Source: an uncultured Prevotellaceae bacterium (GTDB taxonomy: Bacteria; Bacteroidota; Bacteroidia; Bacteroidales; Bacteroidaceae). Taken from it: a DNA stretch of 64,000 nt. Made by a program: the position numbers and the translations under genes. The notes below the pieces were generated by a model. The model did no database searches and was not told the origin of the DNA. It saw nothing but the letters and a program-made list of their open reading frames with translations. Positions within the stretch are counted from its first letter, which is position 1, and every line of letters begins with the position of its first letter. The stretch lies in NCBI GenBank assembly GCA_902763615.1, contig CACWSX010000009.1, forward strand, positions 34,515 to 98,514, read 5' to 3'. Shown here piece by piece: positions 27,301 to 34,995 of this stretch.

Positions 27301-28511
27301 TGCAATTGCTTCTATCATGTTTGCCAATGCGATTTACCAATGAAGAATTCATGGGAATTGAACATGAAACATCTGGAAACGCTCAAGGTATATTTCAAAC
27401 TTTACAAAAGTGTATAAAAAAATATCCAAACAAGCGCCTTACATATTATGTATCATACCATGAAGATGAACATTTGTTGGAGCATTATAATCAACAATTA
27501 AGGCAGGCATTGTTACCTATATTTGAGACCCCTTCAATGCGAAGAATTAAGTTTAACAACCCCAAATACGGTTATGGTTATGCTCAATACAAAGAAGCTA
27601 TTCAAAAAGCAATATATAGGATGTGTGTAATTGGCCTTATAGATGATTTTACCGAAGATTATTGGAAAGAAGAATTTCGTATTGTGACAATATGCCAAGA
27701 TGAATCGCACTATTATGATTACCTCCGTCAATACTATCGGAAATATTACTCCGAAGATAGAGTTGATGTAATGATTAATGAAGTTAAGCAGATGGCGGTC
27801 AATGACGGGGTCATTATGGCATGCTTAAAGCACCTTACTTCTTTTATATATAGGAGTATCGCGGACAAGAGAGCTAGGGGTATCTTGGATATGGAGCAAT
27901 TTTGTAATATGGCTATCAGCTCAGGCAAGGACTGGAAAGAAACGAATGAAGAGCTGAAGGACTTTATTTATTACTATTTCAACTCGAAATATGCAAGAGA
28001 AGGCTTCATCACATACGATTCAAGTGCGCACAGGGAAATACCATTCTCACTAAAAGATGACACCAATTACGATATTCACAACGAAAGTGAAATATCAAAT
28101 TTCAATCTTGTGAAAAAATATATGAGAGTGGTTGATCCTGATATCGTCAATAATGATGCTCAAGTAGATAATATCAAACACTTGCAAGGTGCAGTACGCC
28201 TCATCAGACGTGCTATTGCAGAAATGAACCCTGTTCTGAACCTCTTAAATATATTCTGCATTTTATTCCTTGGTCAACAAGATAATGAGATGCTGGAGCA
28301 AGAACTATATGATGACTACAAAGCAGTTATGAGATTATATGCGAAACAAGGGAAACTTGGACTTCTCAATGAATATACGAATTTGTTATTGCAGCATGCA
28401 GCCATACTTCCAGAAGGCAAGGGATATATAGAGAAAATACAGCTCGCCATTCAACTAGAAGAGCATATTGCAGAAATTAATAGAATTAATCAAATATACA
28501 AAGAAATATGA
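24366..28511 (+). CDS. Large RecQ-like SF2 helicase with N-terminal class I SAM-methyltransferase-like domain
   Basis: MTase-like YMAAYG, DWGCGQG, FSNILD; helicase motifs LPTGGGKS, DEVHCVSEWGHDFR, LTATA, ATKAFGMGIDK, QEAGRAGRDG. Start may be ATG 24378. Confidence 0.88.
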   Translation: MRDYMCYVTDIQKISDLTINDIIKVSLRYVPESFKSCPWAYRDSEGRTLEHGTAVLETEEQCCAYMAAYGPMHQHKLIRALDEDEFPYEALNNGVEIYDWGCGQGIGTVAIIEKLRQFGWLSKLKKVTLEEPSNVARQRAVLHVRQALGGQNIEIADVSYYLPSDYGDNSNSITKIDVREPCAIHIFSNILDIEAVSLRGVSKMITSSGAQHIALCIGPANLNESRINTFSYYFKKEGLWVFTEFRDTNFGHHPNGRAYGCLIKSFTYSLTRNSNILHKYSYYAPVQLFASYSDVNLQGSSLQSAFEILAPFDMTAHKNLCPVYALVSNLISRGCPTLASPKVLDAISSKDKAKSLNAVARIQKTFIEAMISDRIDLKKDTLDILVIEDDTSVAKIAINDFVELYHHIVAMTQDYSDLTLPPINIYGKREAKPQTTYDAIIDVSIDQLCNPEEVVFSDYKANNDCFFVVRSSKSVYAERFLYTTERIKYKPLVERDTQGNYHNIEDVCGHLRYFLNLIFRKEDFRPGQLPILSRALQLKSVIGLLPTGGGKSLTYQLAAMLQPSVTLVVDPLKGLMKDQYDGLQKTGIDCISFINGDIVGEERTKREQALTGSQTQIMFLSPERLSIHRFRDVLRSMRESDVYFAYGVIDEVHCVSEWGHDFRLAYLHLGRNLYNYVLPKEVEGEDNHISLFGLTATASFDVLADVERELSGNNSYSLEEDATVRYENTNRLELQYYVYHVDTSTATTSWDVGEIKENRLLDVINDSTEKLKEIQGGYGVEEIKKRFLERENISNKQKIVEVDSNDLSVEVKNEWYLNNKTNASGIIFCPRAGKDKKNEKEKPVILSVPSVADILEREGVNLISTYKGGDDTRCQDDFLQDRTKLMVATKAFGMGIDKSNVRLTIHLNHPCSLESFVQEAGRAGRDGKMALATIMYADKQFQNQNVKTRLMEWHSADYEVNKFFYDTNFLGESFELFVMQLLLSCLPMRFTNEEFMGIEHETSGNAQGIFQTLQKCIKKYPNKRLTYYVSYHEDEHLLEHYNQQLRQALLPIFETPSMRRIKFNNPKYGYGYAQYKEAIQKAIYRMCVIGLIDDFTEDYWKEEFRIVTICQDESHYYDYLRQYYRKYYSEDRVDVMINEVKQMAVNDGVIMACLKHLTSFIYRSIADKRARGILDMEQFCNMAISSGKDWKETNEELKDFIYYYFNSKYAREGFITYDSSAHREIPFSLKDDTNYDIHNESEISNFNLVKKYMRVVDPDIVNNDAQVDNIKHLQGAVRLIRRAIAEMNPVLNLLNIFCILFLGQQDNEMLEQELYDDYKAVMRLYAKQGKLGLLNEYTNLLLQHAAILPEGKGYIEKIQLAIQLEEHIAEINRINQIYKEI

Positions 28512-28906
28512 TTGACGAGAAAATCAACAACTCACTCAGAGAGTTAGAGCAAGGACTAAAAAGCATGGAGTCCGCACGTAAACAAGTGGAAAAGACTGTC
28601 AATTCCTATGATGGTCTTAATTCAACTACCGCTGAGTATGTCAATAAACTCGGCACAATTACGACCAAGATTCAGGATCTTGTTGATGCCATAGGCAAGG
28701 ACTATTCCCTGAAAGTAAGGGCGTTTGAGAAAGACAGGGAAACGGTCATCAACGCATCAACTGCTGCAACTGAGAAACTTTCCAATGCCACAGAAGAGTT
28801 TAAAGACTCATTGGTTGAGATCCAAACAAAACTGAAATACAGCTTAATCGTCAATGCTGTATCGCTCGTTGCTGTTGCAACAATTTTATTTTTTCTTTTG
28901 AAATGA
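28508..28906 (+). CDS. Coiled-coil protein with C-terminal membrane anchor
   Basis: ATGA overlap with the helicase stop; helical heptad pattern; hydrophobic tail LIVNAVSLVAVATILFFLLK. Confidence 0.8.
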   Translation: MIDEKINNSLRELEQGLKSMESARKQVEKTVNSYDGLNSTTAEYVNKLGTITTKIQDLVDAIGKDYSLKVRAFEKDRETVINASTAATEKLSNATEEFKDSLVEIQTKLKYSLIVNAVSLVAVATILFFLLK

Positions 28907-29091
28907 CAAGAAACTCTTCTTGTTACGATATTATGCGTATATGGAATCATCATAAATGCAGGGAAGCAGGCCCCAATCATAGTGTAGGTATACTCTATCC
29001 CTACTTAATGAATATGCCAAGGGTACGGGAAAAGTAATGATGTTTATTTTTCTTGTGATCAGTTTTGAATTATAGTTTATAATTGATAAGG

Positions 29092-30375
29092 ATGAAGAAA
29101 TTGTTATTCATATTAGGAGTGATTTTTTGCTTCATAAAGCCGTTGTACAGCTTGTTAGGTAAGAATGAATACTTGGATATTGCCATAACTGTATCCATTT
29201 TTGTTATTGTAGTGATGATAATCAATGAGATGATGAAACCTAGAGTTGTAGAAGAAGATGTGCAACCATTCATGCAAGAAAATGAACAGTCGTTGTGGGA
29301 CGATAATTCGTTCTTAGTAGAGCTCAACCAGAATGTAGAATTGTCACCTGACGAAATGGTTTATGTTGCGAATGAAGAGGATAAAATTCTGACAAATCTT
29401 TTGGAGAATCATCCAGAGGCTCTTGAGGCGTGGGCACAAACGATAGGTTTTCAAATAATATATCTGCCGATGCTAATCAAACGTCTCAAAGAGAAACGAG
29501 CGTTTCAATATCACGCCCCTTATCTGAATGATGCAGAGGTGGGAAAAATAGACATCTGTAATGATTTCCTTTTACAGTACTTTTCAAATCCAGAAGATAA
29601 GAACCGAGTTAAGCAAGGTTTTATTCGAGTGGATAATGTTCATAGGACTGGCAATGACAGCGACAAACCTGTCGTTCGTTTCTATCCGTTGTCTGCTAAA
29701 GGAAGCGAGTCATTACCAGATCAACTAGATAAAATCAGTAAACAGATAGTGAATGAGCGAAGTCTGCAGGACTTCCACATTGAAAACACAAGCGTTAATA
29801 GTGAAAGAACCCAAATAGGTTTTGATTATGAACCCAAAGAGAATTCCGTTCTTCAACAAAATAATGATGATACAAACGACTTGATAGAAGAGGTAAGGGA
29901 GCGGATAGCCCTATTACGGCGGAGGGGAATTTCTCAATTCATCCTTGAGCAGTTGATTCATCCTGATGACAGGCTGAGTAGGTTGGTGATAACGAAAGAT
30001 TATAGGTTGTTGCTGCCGGACTACAACGATATGGAAATCAAGATGGAGCCGCTGGTGAAGGCTGTATATCTACTTTTCTTGAAACATCCGGAGGGAATCC
30101 TGTTTAAGTGTCTGCCTGATTATCGTGAGGAGTTGGCTCAGATTTATGTCAAGCTGAAGCCTTTTGGTATGAGTGACAGGGTGATTCAGAGCATTGAGGA
30201 TGTTACCAATCCGCTGCTGAACTCTATCAATGAGAAGTGTGCCAGGATTCGTGGGGCATTCGTTGGTCAGTTTGATGACCACATGGCCAGACATTATTAT
30301 ATCGATGGCTTACGTGGCGAGGCCAAGAAGATTGACTTACCACGAAACTTGGTCGTGTGGGAGGATACAAAATAA
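29092..30375 (+). CDS. Membrane-anchored protein with a C-terminal domain that is probably a winged-helix DNA-binding domain
   Basis: Two N-terminal hydrophobic helices; the C-terminal beta-beta-helix-helix-recognition helix-wing pattern (EIKMEPLVKAVYLLFLKHPEGI...SINEKCARIRGAF...YYIDG.RGE.KKI) resembles OmpR-type effector domains. Confidence 0.65.
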   Translation: MKKLLFILGVIFCFIKPLYSLLGKNEYLDIAITVSIFVIVVMIINEMMKPRVVEEDVQPFMQENEQSLWDDNSFLVELNQNVELSPDEMVYVANEEDKILTNLLENHPEALEAWAQTIGFQIIYLPMLIKRLKEKRAFQYHAPYLNDAEVGKIDICNDFLLQYFSNPEDKNRVKQGFIRVDNVHRTGNDSDKPVVRFYPLSAKGSESLPDQLDKISKQIVNERSLQDFHIENTSVNSERTQIGFDYEPKENSVLQQNNDDTNDLIEEVRERIALLRRRGISQFILEQLIHPDDRLSRLVITKDYRLLLPDYNDMEIKMEPLVKAVYLLFLKHPEGILFKCLPDYREELAQIYVKLKPFGMSDRVIQSIEDVTNPLLNSINEKCARIRGAFVGQFDDHMARHYYIDGLRGEAKKIDLPRNLVVWEDTK

Positions 30376-30680
30376 TGAAAATATCGTACATGAGGCAAAT
30401 GTTCAGTTTCCTTAATGGAATGGTGGACAAAAAAGAAATTGGTGCGGCATGCAGTATCAGTTGTGTAGTATGGGCCTTTATCTTATTATTATTTGTTCTG
30501 CCACCTTTAATCAAATATAATACTAATACATCATTTGTTGGTGGTTTCTTTTTGACATTATTGACAATTGTTTTTTGGTGTATAACAATAACTATTACTT
30601 TTGGTGTTGTAGGGGGAATTCTAGGATTTCTTATATCATTGTTTAAAAATGAGATTAAAACATTGTATATCGTTATCTAA
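30375..30680 (+). CDS. Small membrane protein
   Basis: TAATG coupling to the upstream gene; two to three hydrophobic segments. Confidence 0.65.
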   Translation: MKISYMRQMFSFLNGMVDKKEIGAACSISCVVWAFILLLFVLPPLIKYNTNTSFVGGFFLTLLTIVFWCITITITFGVVGGILGFLISLFKNEIKTLYIVI

Positions 30681-30766
30681 AGTTTAATTTCTGACATAGC
30701 ATTCTTTTATGGGTTGGCTTTTCTGTCAACGATAATACCCGACTATTAAGTTTAAAAATGAATAAT

Positions 30767-30823
30767 CCACAAGCCTTGTGGGGCGAAATTGCTTGGTTGC
30801 AAAGAGGGAAAATCCTAATTTTG
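30767..30823 (+). promoter_or_regulatory. Palindromic operator copy 3 plus sigma-A promoter
   Basis: CCACAAG-C-CTTGTGG at 30767-30781; TAATTTTG at 30816-30823. Confidence 0.72.
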
Positions 30824-30849
30824 CAACCAAGTTTTTAATAGTTGTGAAT

Positions 30850-31266
30850 ATGACAGATTACGAGTACATTTTAAATCAGGCAAAAAAGTTCTATTACACC
30901 AAATGGGACGATGGGAAGTTGCGGAAGTGTGTGGATATGCTGCATGCACTTGAACACGATGAACTAGTGGCGTTGTACCATTGCAAATGGATTAAGAAGG
31001 TTATGCATGAAGCAATCTTTAATATCTTGTATATGGACAAAATTGGGGAACGGGAAGAGACCATTAAAGAAATGTCGACAAATGAGCTTATCAATGAGTT
31101 TGAAGACAGAAGCAGTGGAAACGTATCGCTTATCAGAGAAGAACTAAGACACAGATACAAAGAGGATCTTGGAGATGACAGAATTAAGATTGCTGCAGTC
31201 TTTAGGAATGGTACAAAGGGTGATCAGCAATGGATTCAATTGCAGATGCGCAGAGATTGTAAGTAA
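30850..31266 (+). CDS. Hypothetical protein; C-terminal domain shared with the 22163 protein
   Basis: First ATG after the promoter (MTDYEY...); 138 aa. Confidence 0.75.
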   Translation: MTDYEYILNQAKKFYYTKWDDGKLRKCVDMLHALEHDELVALYHCKWIKKVMHEAIFNILYMDKIGEREETIKEMSTNELINEFEDRSSGNVSLIREELRHRYKEDLGDDRIKIAAVFRNGTKGDQQWIQLQMRRDCK

Positions 31267-31312
31267 TCCTCGATACAAAGACAACTATAACACATTAATT
31301 GAGAATAACAAG

Positions 31313-32113
31313 ATGGGACAGGTAAAAATGTTAGGGGCACTGGTAGGCGATATTATCGGCTCAGTGTATGAGTTTCGTAACACGAAGTCTACTGATTTCG
31401 AATTGTTTTGTGGTGCAAGTGATTTCACGGATGATTCCGTGATGACACTGGCTGTGGCGAAATGGCTGCTGGAGGATGAAGCACATACCATACATTATTT
31501 AATATATTGTATGCAGGAACTTGGCGACCATTATCCTTATGCCGGGTATGGAGAAAGGTTTTCTGGATGGCTCTGTGAGGACAATCCACAACCTTATAAC
31601 AGCTGGGGTAATGGTGCTGGCATGCGGGTTAGTCCTGTGGGACTGTTTGCCAAGACCCTCGATGAAGCTTTGGCTCTGGCTGCTATTACGGCATCGGTGA
31701 GTCATAATCATCCAGAGGGTGTGAAGGGCGCACAGGCAATTGCTACGAGTGTATTTCTTTGCAAGCAAGGAAAATCGAAACAGGAAATCAAAGAATTTGT
31801 AGAAAAGACATTTGGATATAATCTGAATCGAACGATTGACGAGATCCGTCCAAGATACGGATTTGACGTATCATGCCAGGGCAGTGCACCTGAAGCAATA
31901 ATAGCTTTTTTAGAGGGGAATACGTTCGAAGAGGTAATTCGCCTGGCGATTTCCCTTGGAGGTGATTCTGATACCATTGGTGCTATGGCTGGTGCTATCG
32001 CTGCATGTATGTATCCCATTCCTCACGACATTGCAGAACGCTGTGACAGGATTCTGACTGATGACCTAAGAGATATCAAAGATAATTTCATTAGGATGAT
32101 AGAGGGTAGATAG
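31313..32113 (+). CDS. ADP-ribosylglycohydrolase (DraG/ARH family)
   Basis: GALVGDIIGS, FTDDS, SWGNGAGMR, HNHPEG, GGDSDTIGAMAG. Confidence 0.93.
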   Translation: MGQVKMLGALVGDIIGSVYEFRNTKSTDFELFCGASDFTDDSVMTLAVAKWLLEDEAHTIHYLIYCMQELGDHYPYAGYGERFSGWLCEDNPQPYNSWGNGAGMRVSPVGLFAKTLDEALALAAITASVSHNHPEGVKGAQAIATSVFLCKQGKSKQEIKEFVEKTFGYNLNRTIDEIRPRYGFDVSCQGSAPEAIIAFLEGNTFEEVIRLAISLGGDSDTIGAMAGAIAACMYPIPHDIAERCDRILTDDLRDIKDNFIRMIEGR

Positions 32114-32132
32114 ACTGTCTAGAGGATTGAAG

Positions 32133-32606
32133 ATGGATATTAAGGTACTGAGAAAAGTGAGGGAATTCGCCATAAAGCATGCGCGAAAAGATGAGTTTTC
32201 TATACACGGGATAGATCATTGGGATAGAGTGGCTAATTATGGATTGAGCGTTGCTTCTCCTGAGGCAGATTTGGATGTAGTGTTGTGTTTTGCTTACCTT
32301 CACGATGTTGAAAGACAAGATGATGGCTATGATGAAGAGCATGGTCCAAGAGCTGCTGCATTAGTTGATCAGATCAGGGATTCAGTCTTAGCTTTTCTTG
32401 ATGATAAGCAGATAGGTTTGCTAAAAGAGGCATGCGCTCTACATACTATATGCCACAAAACTGGTAATCCTACCATTGATGCATGTTTCGATTCAGATCG
32501 TTTGGATTTATCAAGAGTTGGTATTACTCCTGATCCAGATAAAATGGCTACAAAGAAAGGAGCAGAAAAAGCAAGGGCATTTAATGATTACAGGAAAAGG
32601 GATTAG
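32133..32606 (+). CDS. HD-domain metal-dependent phosphohydrolase
   Basis: HGIDHWDRV, AYLHD, EEHG, CALH, DSDRLDL. Confidence 0.88.
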   Translation: MDIKVLRKVREFAIKHARKDEFSIHGIDHWDRVANYGLSVASPEADLDVVLCFAYLHDVERQDDGYDEEHGPRAAALVDQIRDSVLAFLDDKQIGLLKEACALHTICHKTGNPTIDACFDSDRLDLSRVGITPDPDKMATKKGAEKARAFNDYRKRD

Positions 32607-32607
32607 G

Positions 32608-33774
32608 ATGCAAAGAAGAAAAATTAAACAGGTGATGATAATAATCTTATTTGCCATCACACTTCTCATTGTGGTAAAGGTTTTATGGGTAGGATGCGCC
32701 ACTGGCGGGCTTGGATCTTTTGATAGTGAGAAGAAAGGGATCATCTTAAGAGCGAACTACCTGACGTCAAAGGTGGCGACTTCACCACAAGGGTTGCTTG
32801 ATGAAATGACGAATGGCATTGGGGCGCAGTTTCAGGGAGAGTGGGCATTATACTCCTGTTCTATGACTACTGCTGCATTGGCAAATATCGCCATCCTTTA
32901 TCCTCAGAATAAAGATCTGTCCATCAAATATATTGGGCAAATTATTGATATCGCCCTGTCGCCAGAGATTCGTGAGTATGATGCTTATAGTTGGATGGAG
33001 GATCCGATGGAGGGTATCTATGGCGATATGAGTCACATTTCTTATTATAGTCATATCGCATGGATGATTAGCAGATATAAGCAGATAGGTGGAGACAATA
33101 GGTATGACGATATCTATCATTCGTTATGTAAGGCTATGAATCGCAGGATTCGTCAGAGTCCATATTTGAATCTGCCAACGTATCCTGATGGTTATATCTA
33201 TATCCCTGATATGCTGGTGGCGATTGTGGCTCTGCATAATTATTCGTGCCAATATGATGGGAAATACTCAACGACAGTGAATATGTGGATTGAAAAAGCT
33301 AAGACGGACTGGATAGACAAAGAAACGGGTTTGGTTGCATCGATTTTGTTAGAAGATAATGGGCAAATAGTAATGCCTATTAGAGGTTCGTATTCTGCCT
33401 TGAATTGTTATTATCTGTCGCAGATAGATTCAGAGTTCGCCAAGGAACAGTATGATTGTTTGATAAAGCACTTTAAACAAAGCGTACCCATTGATGGCAT
33501 TAAGGAATACCATAATACGACTTGTTTGATGGGATTCGATATAGATGCTGGTCCGATTATCTTTAATCTAAGCCCGTCTGGAACAGCCTTTGCCATTGGT
33601 TGTGCGACGAGTCTTGATGATATGGCGTATAGGCGGCAATTGTTGAAAACTGCGGAAATAGCAGGTAGTACAGTCACGTGGTTTGGCAAGAGCCATTATT
33701 TGTTGGCAAACTGGGCTTTGGTGGGTGAGGCCATTACCCTTGCCATGAGAAAACTCGAATGTGTTATTAAATGA
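32608..33774 (+). CDS. Membrane-anchored hypothetical protein, possible alpha/alpha-barrel (linalool dehydratase-like)
   Basis: N-terminal TM helix; GEWALY, TYP...Y.PD, RGSYSAL, DIDAGP, LVGEAI.LAM; the fold assignment is from memory only. Confidence 0.55.
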   Translation: MQRRKIKQVMIIILFAITLLIVVKVLWVGCATGGLGSFDSEKKGIILRANYLTSKVATSPQGLLDEMTNGIGAQFQGEWALYSCSMTTAALANIAILYPQNKDLSIKYIGQIIDIALSPEIREYDAYSWMEDPMEGIYGDMSHISYYSHIAWMISRYKQIGGDNRYDDIYHSLCKAMNRRIRQSPYLNLPTYPDGYIYIPDMLVAIVALHNYSCQYDGKYSTTVNMWIEKAKTDWIDKETGLVASILLEDNGQIVMPIRGSYSALNCYYLSQIDSEFAKEQYDCLIKHFKQSVPIDGIKEYHNTTCLMGFDIDAGPIIFNLSPSGTAFAIGCATSLDDMAYRRQLLKTAEIAGSTVTWFGKSHYLLANWALVGEAITLAMRKLECVIK

Positions 33775-33781
33775 TGAGAAT

Positions 33782-34900
33782 ATGAAGAAGATTTTGTTTG
33801 GTGTGATTATTGTGATTGTGGCGTTGAGTTCGTGTTTTTCTCATGAGCAGAAGAAACCAGACAATCGGTGGTGGGTGCCTGAGAAGAAAGATGTGATCTC
33901 ATGGGAGAAACTGGATACGATTGTCGTGGGCGACGGGCTCTTTAAACTGGAGTATCCTGACTGCTTTGAACTGAGTGAAGAGTCTGATGACGGCGGTGTG
34001 TTGGTGACTTATAAGGAAATATCTGGGCTTTTTCTGACGGCGAACGCGGAAAAGAATCCATATCACTGGAATGCTGATACTTTGGCGGATCTTATTGTTA
34101 AAGAGAGAAAGGCTGAGGATAGAGACTCCATCATCATGCAGGACATGCACGATGGATATTTCTACTTGAAGGGAATCATGGGGGCCAACGGATACTGCTT
34201 CTACGAACAATATGTTGTTTTCCATGATTATATTTTCACGCTCACTTTAGTGTATCCGTCGAATATAGAGACCAAGATGGAGAATCTTTTCCGCCTGGTA
34301 CATGATTGGCATCCTGAAACCAATGTGGTGCTTGCTACAATGAAGTCGGATGATATGAAGGAGCGTATGTCTGTCCTCAAAAAGCGGGGTGGGATGCATA
34401 ACTATCGTGAGTTTTATATCGAGGAAAGTGACAATGGGTATCATTTTATGGTTTATGACTCATGTCATCATAATCGCCAGGAGATAGTCTTTGGTGCGGA
34501 TGATTATTTGAACGGAGGGGTTCCTGGTATGTATGCATTTGTAAGTCTGGATAAGAAATATGTCTATGTGGTAGGTGATATTCTGGCTAATAGTACAGGA
34601 TGGGTGTCCACCTTTATCATCTATCAGGTGAACACGGAAACGCTCAAGGCTAAGTTGGTGAATGCTGTTGCAGCCATCAAACTGGAAAAGACGGGATTTA
34701 CTGTCGCCTCCATGACTCGATGCGTCACTCCAGAAGCAGAATTCTCTTATCAGATGGACTTCGCCTTTGAGGATATTACTTATGGTTTTAATGGGAAGAT
34801 TAAGCGTAAGAGTAAGGAATATGCCTCAAAGGAAATTAAGGAACGTTATGGGAAACTGTGCAATCTAAATGGATTGGGTTTAAAAAGAGAAGATATTTGA
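33782..34900 (+). CDS. Hypothetical lipoprotein
   Basis: MKKILFGVIIVIVALSSC lipobox; 372 aa. Confidence 0.75.
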   Translation: MKKILFGVIIVIVALSSCFSHEQKKPDNRWWVPEKKDVISWEKLDTIVVGDGLFKLEYPDCFELSEESDDGGVLVTYKEISGLFLTANAEKNPYHWNADTLADLIVKERKAEDRDSIIMQDMHDGYFYLKGIMGANGYCFYEQYVVFHDYIFTLTLVYPSNIETKMENLFRLVHDWHPETNVVLATMKSDDMKERMSVLKKRGGMHNYREFYIEESDNGYHFMVYDSCHHNRQEIVFGADDYLNGGVPGMYAFVSLDKKYVYVVGDILANSTGWVSTFIIYQVNTETLKAKLVNAVAAIKLEKTGFTVASMTRCVTPEAEFSYQMDFAFEDITYGFNGKIKRKSKEYASKEIKERYGKLCNLNGLGLKREDI

Positions 34901-34954
34901 TTCGTCAGAAGGATTATTTCACCATTGCCAAGGATGTGTTGTGGTCTGAAAATG

Positions 34955-34991
34955 TTTGGTGGCAAAGATATGTCAAATCTTTGCCACCAAA
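34955..34991. terminator. 15-bp inverted repeat between the island and proS (probable terminator)
   Basis: TTTGGTGGCAAAGAT-N7-ATCTTTGCCACCAAA between convergent genes. Confidence 0.7.
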
Positions 34992-34995
34992 TAGT

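Noticed and set aside
28903-29037. 44-codon ORF overlapping the 28508 gene stop
   Set aside because: No protein-like features; too weak to call.
30792-30831. Invertible promoter
   Set aside because: The 16-bp spacer is too short, the -7 element overlaps a repeat arm, and no invertase is nearby.
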